Below are positions 39,530 through 49,538 of a stretch of DNA of 64,000 bases, piece after piece; within the stretch, counting starts at the first letter, position 1, and each line of letters starts with the position of its first letter. Made by a program: the position numbers and the translations under genes. The notes under the pieces are model-generated. The model saw only the letters and a program-made list of their open reading frames with translations, searched no databases and had not been told where the DNA came from. The stretch comes from Candidatus Latescibacterota bacterium (lineage in GTDB: Bacteria; Latescibacterota; UBA2968; GCA-2709665): NCBI GenBank assembly GCA_965203805.1, contig OZ241917.1, forward strand, positions 4,416,001 to 4,480,000. Direction: 5' to 3'.

Positions 39530-42001
39530 ATGGACACCAGACATCGATTCCAGCCTCTCCGTATTGTGCGACGCTTCATTCCGCTTCTAATAATCGGCTT
39601 GAGTGCATCGGCGGCGGCCGGTTCGCTTTCGGTGCGAGACTCGCTGCTCGCCGTTGCGGAGCGCCAGTTGGACGGGCGTCAACACGCCGAGGCCGTGGAC
39701 ACGTTGTCCCGGATTGCCGAATCCTTTCCGGATGATGGGCATATCCTCACGCGCCTGGGGTACGCGCAACTGAGGATTCAGGAATTCGAGGCGGCCAAGG
39801 AGTCCTTTCAGTCGGCCCTTGAGCTGGATGAGGACAATGCGGCGGCTCATGCGGGGCTCGCGCTTTCCTACGCGGAGATTCCCGCCAAGGGGATCAGCGC
39901 CCTGCATAACTTCCGGCGGGCGGTCGGCGCCGCTAAGAAGGCCATCGAACTGGATCCCAACCAGGCCGTCGCCTACCGGGCGCTGGGAGAGGCGCATGCG
40001 CGTTTCAAAGAGGACCACGAGAAGGCGCTCGGGTATTTCGAGACCTACCTGGAAAAGGAGCCGGACGATCCGGACGGCCTTTTTTATTTCGGCCTGGCGT
40101 GTATCGAGGCCGAAGCCTACGACAAGATCTCGGACCACATCATTCCCCACGTCGAGGCGCTCGTCGGGGAGACCCGGCTGCTGCCGATGATCGCGCAGGG
40201 ATACTTCTTCGAGGAGAAGTACGAAGAGGCACAGAAGTACTTCGAACGTTTTCTCGAGCGATCGAGCGAGGAAGAGCAAGCTCTATACGCGGATATCGCG
40301 TATGCCGCTTCTCCCGAGGAACTTCGGGAATACGCTGCGTTGACGGGAGAATCAGACCGTCAAGCCTACGTGGAGCGGTTCTGGCTCCGGCGAGACCCCG
40401 ATATGATGACCCGTGTCAACGAACGCGTCGTGGAACACTACCGGAGAGTCTGGTATGCGCGCGCCTTTTTTGCGGAGAAAGTTTCACCCTGGGACAAGCG
40501 GGGTGAAGTCTACATCCGGTACGGGAAGCCGGACTACCGGTCGCGGTCGTATCAGCGCGACCTGACGCTTACTCCCGACGTGGAGGCGGTCCGCATGCGC
40601 ATGGCAGCCAGTCTCTACGGCGCCGAGGCTTCCTTCATGACGTTTACCGGCCCGGTGTTTCCCATCCGGGCGTTTCGCCATCCCATCACCCGGCGAACGC
40701 TGGACGAAATGCACGGGTTCGGTTCCGCCGATCAGCGCGACGCCACGTTTCAGGAGGACGACTTCAGGACAAATGCGGATGCTGCGGATGAAGAGGAGTT
40801 TCAGGAACGCGACCTGGAAGGGACCCCGCTGACCGCGCCGCTTACCCGGAGTGACTACGACGACCAGGACGGTGCGAGGTTCGACGAGTTCGGAAACCAG
40901 ATCGCCCGGATCAAATTCGGCGACTACATTCCCGTGACAATTCACACCGATATGGCCACCGTACCATGGGAAACCTGGATCTATACCCAGGTTCAGGGGG
41001 GTATCGAGATCGTGTTTACGGACGAGAACAAGAGCGGCGTGTTCAATTTCGCCCCGATTCCGCCCGTGACTGCCCTGGAAAGACAGATCGTCAATGTGAC
41101 CCGCCTGGTCAGATACGCGCCGGAGATCATATACCAGAATGCCAGGAACGAAACGCCCGACTATTACCGGCCGGGCGTCCATGGACCGGCGCTGAATTTC
41201 TATTACGATCTGGCCAACTTCCAGGGCGCCGACGGGGAGACAAACGTTGAAGTCTACTATGGCATTCCACCCGAACAGGTGCAGATTGCCGAGCAGGCGG
41301 ATTCCGCGCAGGTCCGGGTCCAGTGCGCGATGGCCCTGGCTGACGCCGCGCACACAATGATTTATCGGGACACGCGGGAGTTCAACTACGAAGGACGGGC
41401 TGATTTCGACAGGGTCAGAGGCGCATTCCTGCCCGAAATGCTTAAAACCGGGGTGCCGCCAGGCAAATACGAACTCCAGGTGCAGATCAAGGATTTGGCC
41501 TCGGGACATACCGGGCTCTACAAGCAGGCTGTCGAGGTTCCCGATTATAACGTCGAGAAACTCAAGATCAGCGATATCCTGCTGGCTTCGGAAATCCGCG
41601 AAACGGATTCGGCGGGCAAGTTCAAAAAGGGCGATATTCGAGTCGTCCCGATGCCCACGAGGAATTACAGGGAGGCGCAGAAGGTATATGCCTACTACGA
41701 AATTTACAACCTCAAGAAAAACCGTTTCGGGCAGACCGATTACGAGGTGAAATACGTCGTCCGAAACGTCGTCGGGAGGTCGGAAGGCGTCGTTGGCGCC
41801 CTCACTTCGCTTTTCAAGCGCAGGAAGACGCAGGTGTCGGTTGCGTACGACCACGCGGGAACCGCCACCACCGAACAGCAGTACTTTGAGATCGACCTGG
41901 ACAAAGCCAAGCCCGGCGTTCAGGTCCTCGAGGTGAAGATCATGGACAGGGTCAGCGGCAAGAGCGACACCCGCGAGATTCAATTCCGCTACGGAATCTG
42001 A
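39530..42001 (+). CDS. TPR + GWxTD domain-containing protein
   Basis: Signal peptide; TPRs; FWLRRDP..NERVVEHYRRVWYA..PWDKRGEVYIRYGKPD; WETWIY; C-terminal Ig-like LKISDILLA, YAYYEIYNL. Confidence 0.85.
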   Translation: MDTRHRFQPLRIVRRFIPLLIIGLSASAAAGSLSVRDSLLAVAERQLDGRQHAEAVDTLSRIAESFPDDGHILTRLGYAQLRIQEFEAAKESFQSALELDEDNAAAHAGLALSYAEIPAKGISALHNFRRAVGAAKKAIELDPNQAVAYRALGEAHARFKEDHEKALGYFETYLEKEPDDPDGLFYFGLACIEAEAYDKISDHIIPHVEALVGETRLLPMIAQGYFFEEKYEEAQKYFERFLERSSEEEQALYADIAYAASPEELREYAALTGESDRQAYVERFWLRRDPDMMTRVNERVVEHYRRVWYARAFFAEKVSPWDKRGEVYIRYGKPDYRSRSYQRDLTLTPDVEAVRMRMAASLYGAEASFMTFTGPVFPIRAFRHPITRRTLDEMHGFGSADQRDATFQEDDFRTNADAADEEEFQERDLEGTPLTAPLTRSDYDDQDGARFDEFGNQIARIKFGDYIPVTIHTDMATVPWETWIYTQVQGGIEIVFTDENKSGVFNFAPIPPVTALERQIVNVTRLVRYAPEIIYQNARNETPDYYRPGVHGPALNFYYDLANFQGADGETNVEVYYGIPPEQVQIAEQADSAQVRVQCAMALADAAHTMIYRDTREFNYEGRADFDRVRGAFLPEMLKTGVPPGKYELQVQIKDLASGHTGLYKQAVEVPDYNVEKLKISDILLASEIRETDSAGKFKKGDIRVVPMPTRNYREAQKVYAYYEIYNLKKNRFGQTDYEVKYVVRNVVGRSEGVVGALTSLFKRRKTQVSVAYDHAGTATTEQQYFEIDLDKAKPGVQVLEVKIMDRVSGKSDTREIQFRYGI

Positions 42002-42016
42002 GTCGACGGGCTGTTA

Positions 42017-42058
42017 AGATAGAAACAGGGCGCAGTACACTGCGCCCTGTTTCTATCT
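42017..42058. terminator. Perfect 20-bp inverted repeat, probable intrinsic terminator
   Basis: agatagaaacagggcgcagt-ac-actgcgccctgtttctatct, 15 nt after the GWxTD stop. Confidence 0.8.
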
Positions 42059-42134
42059 GTGCCTCTTGCGGCAATTGACGTCAGGCACGAATTTTTCAAT
42101 TTTTCGATTGCGTGTTTCGTAGTTCCTGATGTTG

Positions 42135-42192
42135 GTTTTCTCGTGCCTTTGCCGCTTTTTGGTTTTCATCCTGTCCATCCATGTTTGTTCCG
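42135..42192 (-). repeat. Dispersed intergenic repeat, copy 2
   Basis: Reverse complement CGGAACAAACATGGATGGACAGGATGAAAACCAAAAAGCGGCAAAGGCACGAGAAAAC aligns to 13864-13932. Confidence 0.85.
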
Positions 42193-42240
42193 TTTCATGA
42201 ACCAATGGGGCTAAGTCGCTTCTCACGGAGGTACCGGGCA

Positions 42241-43221
42241 ATGAGCGAACTTCGCGCCGGACTCATCGGATGCGGCGCGATCGGCGGCGTGCATAGCGAG
42301 GCGGTTGCCGGTCTCGATGGCATACGCATGGCGGCGTTTTGCGACGTGGTTGAAGAGAAGGCGCGTGCGCTGTGCGCGCGCTATGGCGGCGATTACGCCA
42401 CGGATGATGCCGGCCGCATCCTGTCGGACGACTCGCTGGATACCGTCTATATCTGCACCCACCACGACACCCATGCCGACTACTGTATCCGGGCGGCGGA
42501 AGCAGGAAAGAATGTCCTGGTAGAGAAGCCCCTCGCGCTGACGGTTGAGGACTGCCGGAGGATCGGCGATTCGGTCGAGCGGGAGGGGACTCGGCTCTTT
42601 ACGGCCTTCAAGATGCGGTACTATCCGATGGTACAGAGAGCCCGGGAACTGATCCCTGAGCCGCTGATGGTGGTGATGCAGATGATGGACAACCGATGGG
42701 GGGATACCTGGGCCAACGACCCCGTCCTGGGGGGTGGCAACGTATACAGCCAGGGATGTCATTCGTGCGACCTCCTCAGGTACGTGGCCGGCGCGGACCC
42801 GGAGGAAGTCTATGCGGCGGGCGGTAATTATTACCAGCCGAATGGCAGGCTGGACAATCTGACCGCCACGTTCCGATTCGAAAACGGCGCGGCCGGCTGC
42901 TGGATCCAGGGAGATGCCAATCAACCGGAGTTAACGAGCAAGCTTTTCATGGAGGTTTTCGCTGAAGACCGGTCCGTACTGCTTACGGACCGGTTCTGCA
43001 CCCTCACGTATACGGAGACCGGCAAGGAGCCGGTGGTGTACCGTGGTGAAGAGGGAGGGTTTGTGGAGGAGAACCGGCTGTTCGTGGAGGCGTTGAGAAC
43101 CGGGGCGCCGATGGCCGCGGACCACGTGGACGGATTGATGGCCACGCTGATGATGATCCAGGCCGGACGGAGCGTCGAGAGCAAGCGGCCGGAGCCGGTC
43201 GCGTCGCTTGCCCGGGTATGA
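42241..43221 (+). CDS. Gfo/Idh/MocA family oxidoreductase
   Basis: AGLIGCGAIG, YICTHHDTH, VLVEKPLA, GGGNVYSQGCH; start MSELR follows GGAGG. Confidence 0.9.
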   Translation: MSELRAGLIGCGAIGGVHSEAVAGLDGIRMAAFCDVVEEKARALCARYGGDYATDDAGRILSDDSLDTVYICTHHDTHADYCIRAAEAGKNVLVEKPLALTVEDCRRIGDSVEREGTRLFTAFKMRYYPMVQRARELIPEPLMVVMQMMDNRWGDTWANDPVLGGGNVYSQGCHSCDLLRYVAGADPEEVYAAGGNYYQPNGRLDNLTATFRFENGAAGCWIQGDANQPELTSKLFMEVFAEDRSVLLTDRFCTLTYTETGKEPVVYRGEEGGFVEENRLFVEALRTGAPMAADHVDGLMATLMMIQAGRSVESKRPEPVASLARV

Positions 43222-43283
43222 ATCTGCTGCACGGTACACGGGTTTTCTTGCCATCGTCACTGAAATGATCGGGAGGGAACACC

Positions 43284-45626
43284 ATGAAGGAACACAGACA
43301 TCCGCACCCGCACAAAGACCCCCGGCAGCCCGGGGACGGCGCCAGGCCCGGGACGAACCCTCCGGTCTTCGCATGGCTGCCATTGGAGGACGCGGACGGA
43401 TATCGGCTCGAGGTGGCGCGGGATTCTTCGTTTGAGACCATCTGTCTGGACATAGGTGGACTACAGGAGTCTCTTTACCTTCCCGAGACGGCTCTGGATC
43501 CCGGGATGTATTTCTGGCGGTGGTCCGCGGGACCTGCGGCGACCTCGGAGGTCTTCGCGTTTGAGATCGATCCGGAAGCCGTTGTGGTCGAGGTGCCTCC
43601 GGCCAGCGACTGGCTGAAAGGATTCCCGGCGGAACACCCGCGAATCTACGTGCGACCCGAGGAAGTGCCCGCGCTCCGCTCTTCAGCTGCCGGTGAGGAG
43701 GCTCAGGCGTGGGCGCGTCTGCGAGAGAGCGCCGAGGCCGTGTTGGCCGAATCCCATGAAATCGAGGAGCCGCCCTTTCTTCCGGACCGAAGCGAGAACT
43801 ATCAGAAATATCACGAGACCTGGGCGCCGATAATGTGGAATTCCAGGCGTTTCGTGAAGGGCGCCGAGACCCTGGGGCTGGCCTATCTGGTGAGTGGTGA
43901 GGATGTCTTCGCCCGCGCCGCGTGCCGGAGGATGGCGTCCATATCCCGCTGGGACCCGGAGGGGTCAAGCCATCTCCCCCACAACGATGAAGCCCACATG
44001 TCGGTGATCTGGAACGGTTCGAATGCGTGCGACTGGGTATGGGACCGTTTTACGGAGCAGGAACGCGAGGCCGTCGTGGCGCAATTCCGGCGGCGTGGGC
44101 AGATCACGTTCGACCATATGCACAACAGGGGGTCCTACGGAGTGACGCGTTTCGACTCGCACGCCGGCCGTGAGATCGTGTTTCTGGCGCACATCGCGCT
44201 CGTGTTTCACGAGCATATTCCCGAAGCGCAGGCATGGCTGGAGTGGCTCAGGCCGGTGCTGTGCGGCATCTGGCCGATCTGGGCGGGGGACGACGGGGCA
44301 TGGGCGGAAGGACCCTCCTATGGACTGGCTTATGTCACCATCATGACGATGTTCGCCTCGGCATTGAAGCGGGGTATCGGCGTGGACCTGTACCGGAAAC
44401 CCTTCTGGAAGAACCACGCCCGGTGGCGCCAGTATTGCCTGCCGCCGTACGCCGAGTGGATGGGATTCGGCGACCATACGGAACGATGGGCAGGAACCTG
44501 GCGGTCGAACGCGGATCTGGTGGACCTGATCGGACGCGAGACGGGCACCGCCGAGTTCACGGAATACGTGAAGGCGTTCCGGGCGGAGGCGGAGGAGATG
44601 CAGACGCCGGCGGAACGGCGAAGCTCCGGCGTCCTGTCACAACTGGTTCTGGCCGGGCCCGTACAGACGCGGCCGCCTTCGGACGCGGACGGAACGATCC
44701 TGCGTGTGTTCCCGGCCGCGGGCTGGTGCGCGGTCCGGACGCATCTGAACGATCCCGCGCGGGATGTCGCGATGATCTTCCGGTCTTCCCCGCTGGGCGC
44801 CATCAGCCATTCCCACGCGAACAACAACGACTTCATTCTGCACGCGGGCGGCAAGGTGATGGCGATGCCCAGCGGGTATTACATCGGGTACGGTTCGGAC
44901 CATCACACGCACTGGGTGTGGCACACCAAATCTCACAACTGCGTGACCCTTTCGGACGCGTCGCAGATTATGCGGTCCCACGATTCGCTGGGAAGCATCG
45001 AGAACGACTTCGAGGACGAACGGCTCGCCTACTTTGCGGGCATCGCGGACGCCAGCTACAGCGACCGCGCGGAACGCTGCCGGCGGCACGTTTTCTTCCT
45101 GAAGGCGAAGCGCTGTTTCGTGATGATCGACGAGTTCGTCGCGGTACCGGGCATCGATTCGGCGCTCCAGTGGAATATCCACTCCTGGAACCGTTTTTCC
45201 GTGGATGAGGAGGCAAGGACCTTCCTGCTGGAGCGTGACGGGAGCTCCCTCGAAGGGCACTTCATGTACCACAACAACGCATTCTTCTCTCTGAGCGAGG
45301 GATGGGACCCGCCTCCGATGCGGACCGGGAAGGATGAATCGCAGTGGGGCGAGCAGTACCACCTGCGCTTCACGCCCTCCGGCCTGGTGAGTCGCCGCAA
45401 CCTGGGGGTGGTGTTGTGTCCGGGGCACGGTTCGCTTGACAGGGCGGAAGTACAGACCGAGCGATCGGGCGAGACCGAAGCGGCACGGATCGGCGACGAC
45501 CTCGTGCTGGTGGGCGTTCGGGACGGCGTGTCCTACGGCGAGCATCGCTCGGCCGGGCTGGCGCTGCTGGTCGTCCAGGGCCACACGTATGAACTTGGCG
45601 ATGGCGGCGTGGTGGCAGGACGGTAA
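43284..45626 (+). CDS. DUF4962 + heparinase II/III-like oligosaccharide lyase
   Basis: TNPPVFAW, GMYFWRW, EHPRIYV, FDSHAG, DDGAWAEGPSY, SSPLGAISHSHANNNDF, YGSDHH..W..TKSHNCV; no signal peptide. Confidence 0.85.
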   Translation: MKEHRHPHPHKDPRQPGDGARPGTNPPVFAWLPLEDADGYRLEVARDSSFETICLDIGGLQESLYLPETALDPGMYFWRWSAGPAATSEVFAFEIDPEAVVVEVPPASDWLKGFPAEHPRIYVRPEEVPALRSSAAGEEAQAWARLRESAEAVLAESHEIEEPPFLPDRSENYQKYHETWAPIMWNSRRFVKGAETLGLAYLVSGEDVFARAACRRMASISRWDPEGSSHLPHNDEAHMSVIWNGSNACDWVWDRFTEQEREAVVAQFRRRGQITFDHMHNRGSYGVTRFDSHAGREIVFLAHIALVFHEHIPEAQAWLEWLRPVLCGIWPIWAGDDGAWAEGPSYGLAYVTIMTMFASALKRGIGVDLYRKPFWKNHARWRQYCLPPYAEWMGFGDHTERWAGTWRSNADLVDLIGRETGTAEFTEYVKAFRAEAEEMQTPAERRSSGVLSQLVLAGPVQTRPPSDADGTILRVFPAAGWCAVRTHLNDPARDVAMIFRSSPLGAISHSHANNNDFILHAGGKVMAMPSGYYIGYGSDHHTHWVWHTKSHNCVTLSDASQIMRSHDSLGSIENDFEDERLAYFAGIADASYSDRAERCRRHVFFLKAKRCFVMIDEFVAVPGIDSALQWNIHSWNRFSVDEEARTFLLERDGSSLEGHFMYHNNAFFSLSEGWDPPPMRTGKDESQWGEQYHLRFTPSGLVSRRNLGVVLCPGHGSLDRAEVQTERSGETEAARIGDDLVLVGVRDGVSYGEHRSAGLALLVVQGHTYELGDGGVVAGR

Positions 45627-45706
45627 ATGCAGGCCATCGTCAGGCGATACTTGACAGAAATCCGAAAAACATACCCGCATGAGGGTGCTGTAGCGAGGAG
45701 AGTCCC

Positions 45707-48700
45707 GTGAAGAACGGACCGGTGGGCCTGAAGGTGGAAGCGCTGAAAGCCATGTGTCTCGATACGGCGCTGGTGGTCGACGGCGAGCCGCAGGCGACCA
45801 TTGTCATCGGCGGGGATGGTGCGCACGCGCGGCATGCAGACAGAATCGTCGAGCGGGTGAAGTCGGCGACGGGCGCGCGCCTGGACGTGGTCACGGCGGT
45901 AGACGCGAATGCCGGAATGCTGCGGAAGGGGCACGTGGTGGCGCTGGGAAATATGGCTGACAACGCCTTTATCCGGTGGCTGTATTACCAGTGGTGGGCG
46001 GTGGAAGACCGTTGTTATCCGGGAAGGGGCGGGTACGCGTTGCGGACGCTGCACAATCCACTGGGCAACGGCAACAACGTGGTGCTGTTGGGGGCCAGCG
46101 ACGAAACCGGACTGGAGCGTGTGGTGTCGCGTTTTGCGACACTTGTGTCCGATGAGAAGACCGGCGGCCTGGGGAGGTTGATGGAAATCCGGCTCGGTCC
46201 CGAATTCGACGCATTCGGCCGTCCGCCGGAGGGATGGCTGCAGGAACGGCGGGAGGACTTCCTCGCACGGGCGACCGCAGAGCACGCCTCTGAATCGGGC
46301 GCGGGCTTCCAGTTTATTTCCGAGGCGGGCGCGTACGGGCTGATGTATCACCGCACCGGTTACGAGGCGTATGCAGAGGCCGTTCGGGAAATCGCGGAAG
46401 CGCATTTGAAGATGGGCGAGTTCGGGGTGATGGCACACTTTCACGTCTGGTGGCTGGCCGCGGTGTGGGACCTGATCGAAGAGAGCCCCGTGTTCTCGGA
46501 CGAGGACCGGCTGAGGATCACGCAATACCTGCTGTGGATCATGGATTCCACCGAGGGGGCGTATACCCGGTTCTTCCGTGAGGGCGTGGGGCACCGGATG
46601 GTCCGGCAGAACCACCAGACGCTGGTGGCGCTGGCGGCGTGGTTCGGCGGGCGGTATTTCTCGACGCACTACGGCTTCGAGGAGGCGAAGGAGTGGATGG
46701 CCGCGTCCGCGGACGTGTTCAAGGGGCAGGCGGTGTCGTTCAAACCGATCGAGGATGCCAACGCGTACCAGTGGATGACGCTGGACCACATCCTGACCTA
46801 CACGCTGGCGAGCGGAGATACCACGTATATCGACAACGGGAACTGCGGGCGGTCTCTGGACCAGGCGGTGCTTTACTGCAACAACCGGGGCGCCCTTCCG
46901 GCGTTTGGAGATACGGGGGCTCCGATGGAAGGATACCCGACGAATTTCCTGGTCAAGGCGGGGCATGTATTGCAGGACGGCCGCGCGGCGTTCCTGCTGG
47001 GCAAACGGTTCGACAGACCGTCGGACTATTTTCGGCCACAGCCGCCGGGTGAGCGTTACGAGTCCGTAAGCGATCCATTGCTGGTAAGGAGCTTTGAAAA
47101 GTATTTCTGCGACGGGCTGGCGCCGGAGGTCCCGGTGGAGATGGCCGGCGTACAGGTGCTGGAGGTCGCGGGCGGGTTCTACGATTTCGCGGAAGACCCG
47201 AAGGCGAGGCCGCGCGAAGTGAAGCCGCTGAATCTGCGAAGGGACGAGGCGTTCGACACCATCTGTTTCCGTGAGGGGTTTTGCCGGGACGACCAGTACC
47301 TGATGCTGCACGGGATCTTCTACGGCAACCACAGCCACGAAGACGGGAATACCATCGCGGAATTCTCGGCGAACGACCGGCTTTACCTGGTGGATGCATC
47401 GTATACGGAAGGGCCGACGCTCAAACACCACAATGGCGTGACGGCGGTGCGGAACGGAGAGGCATGGAACGTGCCCGCGCTGTGCCGCATGGAGGGCGCG
47501 GCGGACCTGGGCCGTGCGGGCATGAGCCGGACGTCCGTGGAAGGAGACTGGGGCGCAACGTGGGTCCGGAACGTCGTGTGGCGAAGGGGGCGCTTTTTCG
47601 TGGTGGTGGACGAAGTCGAAGCAACGAAGGCGGGCGCGTTCGCGCTCCAGTGCCACTGGCGCACATTGGGGACGCCCGCCTTGAAGGACGGTACGCTGGA
47701 GGCGGTGCAGCAAGACCCCGAGACCGGCCGCGAAGACCGGTTTGTCCTGCAGAGCGCGGGCGGAGGCCGGATGTCGCTGGAGCGGGACTGGGAGAATTTC
47801 GGCCACTGGTGGGATTCATATCCCTATGCGGACAATTACGTGAACATCCTGCGCGAGTCGGCCAACCGGGAGATGGCGGTGGGAGACCGGCACACGTTTC
47901 TCAATCTGTTCTATGCCTCCAACCCGGAGAAACCCGTGGACGACCGGATGCGCCGCGTGGGCGAATCGGTCGTTGTGGTCGAAGGATCGGACGGCTGGAT
48001 GCTGGCAGGCACCGGGGGCGGAGACGGTGCGTTCGAGGTCGGGCCTCTTGCGGGCCGCGCCGAAATCTTCGCGGCCGGCGACGGGTGGTTTGCGCTGTGC
48101 AACGGGACATCGCTTTATTCGGAAGATGCGATGTTTGAAAGCGAACGCCCCGTTTCGATCGAGTTCGATCTGGATGCGGGAGAGGGCGTGGTTGTGGCGT
48201 CCGAACCTGCCGAGATCTCCCTGTGTGGCGAGCGGATCCGCGTTGCGGCCGGGAGGCAGGAGGTGAAGACACGGAAGCGCGGAGCAGGTGTAATTTCGAT
48301 GGGCGGGATCACGGACCTCCCGGCGTACCTGGCGGACGTTCAGGCGCCCGCGTGGGCAGCGTCTGTTCCGGGGTTGCGGAGCGTCTGGACGTACGACGCC
48401 GGTTCGGGCGTACGCTGCGCCGCCGGGGGCCCGGACGGGGTGGTCCTGGGAACGGAGGACGGACGGGTCCTGGCGCTGGACGAAAACGGGAAGCCGGCCT
48501 GGTCCTTCCAGGCGAACGGGCCCGTGCTTTCCGTGTATCCGGCGGACCTGGACGACGGGCGTTGTGTGATCGCGGGCGCCGACGACCGGCGCCTCTATCT
48601 GCTGGAGGAAGGCGGACGCGTGCGGTGGTCGCGCGAATTCGAGATCTACAGGGGAACATGGGACCGGTACGCCCGGAATTCCGCGGTGGAGTTCGTAACG

Positions 48701-49444
48701 GCGGCGGACCTGCGCGGCGACGGGCAGACGGATATCCTTGCGGCGGTCTCGGACCGGCAACTCCACTGTTTTGACGCCGACGGCGTCGAACGCTGGAGTT
48801 TTATGATCTACGGGATATTCGCGCCGCTTCGCGTGGCGGATATCGATGGAGACGGTCGGCGGGAGGTGATCGGCGGACCGGGCCGGATCACGTGCGGAGG
48901 GACCTGCTATGTGCTGGACGCGGACGGCCGCAACCTCGGCAGCAACGGGCTGGACGGGTGGGCGTCCATGATGCCCGCGTGCGACGTTTGGGTGCGGGAG
49001 GAGGACCATCTTATCGTTTGCGGGACGAACCGGTCGCACGTCTTCGGGTTGAAGCTGGAGGGCAATCGACTGGCGACGCTGTGGAAGCAGCGGGTAGGTG
49101 AGGAAGTCAACGCGGTCTGCGCGGTTGACGTGGATGGGGACGACAGGCCGGAAGTCGTGGTCGGGTCGGACTGCTTCTATCTCTATCTGCTGGATGAGGA
49201 AGGTACGGAGCGCTGGAGGCGAAACCTGGGAGCGCCGGTGCAACAGGTGATGGTTGCTGACCTGAACGGAAGCGCAAATATCGTCGCGGCGTGCGAGGAT
49301 GGAACCATGTGGGTCCTGGACGGGTACGGCGCGACAGTTGCGAGCCATTCGGCGAATGGCGCGATTCACGTGCTGGCGGCGGACGGCGGGGGGCATCTGA
49401 TGCTCGGGGGGTCGGATGGGACGCTTACGGTGCTGGGGACGTGA
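45707..49444 (+). CDS. Large heparinase II/III-like protein with C-terminal PQQ/FG-GAP beta-propeller
   Basis: RQNHQ, EDANAYQW, LPAFGD, GNHSHEDGN, KHHNGV; C-terminal ADLRGDG, ADIDGDG, DVDGDD and G..RW blades. Confidence 0.7.
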   Translation: MKNGPVGLKVEALKAMCLDTALVVDGEPQATIVIGGDGAHARHADRIVERVKSATGARLDVVTAVDANAGMLRKGHVVALGNMADNAFIRWLYYQWWAVEDRCYPGRGGYALRTLHNPLGNGNNVVLLGASDETGLERVVSRFATLVSDEKTGGLGRLMEIRLGPEFDAFGRPPEGWLQERREDFLARATAEHASESGAGFQFISEAGAYGLMYHRTGYEAYAEAVREIAEAHLKMGEFGVMAHFHVWWLAAVWDLIEESPVFSDEDRLRITQYLLWIMDSTEGAYTRFFREGVGHRMVRQNHQTLVALAAWFGGRYFSTHYGFEEAKEWMAASADVFKGQAVSFKPIEDANAYQWMTLDHILTYTLASGDTTYIDNGNCGRSLDQAVLYCNNRGALPAFGDTGAPMEGYPTNFLVKAGHVLQDGRAAFLLGKRFDRPSDYFRPQPPGERYESVSDPLLVRSFEKYFCDGLAPEVPVEMAGVQVLEVAGGFYDFAEDPKARPREVKPLNLRRDEAFDTICFREGFCRDDQYLMLHGIFYGNHSHEDGNTIAEFSANDRLYLVDASYTEGPTLKHHNGVTAVRNGEAWNVPALCRMEGAADLGRAGMSRTSVEGDWGATWVRNVVWRRGRFFVVVDEVEATKAGAFALQCHWRTLGTPALKDGTLEAVQQDPETGREDRFVLQSAGGGRMSLERDWENFGHWWDSYPYADNYVNILRESANREMAVGDRHTFLNLFYASNPEKPVDDRMRRVGESVVVVEGSDGWMLAGTGGGDGAFEVGPLAGRAEIFAAGDGWFALCNGTSLYSEDAMFESERPVSIEFDLDAGEGVVVASEPAEISLCGERIRVAAGRQEVKTRKRGAGVISMGGITDLPAYLADVQAPAWAASVPGLRSVWTYDAGSGVRCAAGGPDGVVLGTEDGRVLALDENGKPAWSFQANGPVLSVYPADLDDGRCVIAGADDRRLYLLEEGGRVRWSREFEIYRGTWDRYARNSAVEFVTAADLRGDGQTDILAAVSDRQLHCFDADGVERWSFMIYGIFAPLRVADIDGDGRREVIGGPGRITCGGTCYVLDADGRNLGSNGLDGWASMMPACDVWVREEDHLIVCGTNRSHVFGLKLEGNRLATLWKQRVGEEVNAVCAVDVDGDDRPEVVVGSDCFYLYLLDEEGTERWRRNLGAPVQQVMVADLNGSANIVAACEDGTMWVLDGYGATVASHSANGAIHVLAADGGGHLMLGGSDGTLTVLGT

Positions 49445-49538
49445 GGACTGTTTGATTGCGGTTCTTGCCTCGTTTCACTAGCGGGACAGAGGCGACGGTC
49501 GGCTCCGGATACCGGGGCCCGTCAAGGGAGCCGGAGAG

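Noticed and set aside
45651-45680. TTGACA upstream of the 45707 gene as a promoter
   Set aside because: No acceptable -10 element at 16-18 nt spacing.
45533-49396. Long antisense ORFs (45533-47806, 47816-49396; likewise 18682-20619, 20784-22565, 30991-32685, 59944-61752)
   Set aside because: Shadow frames opposite well-supported genes in high-GC DNA, rich in Arg/Pro/His and with no recognisable motifs.
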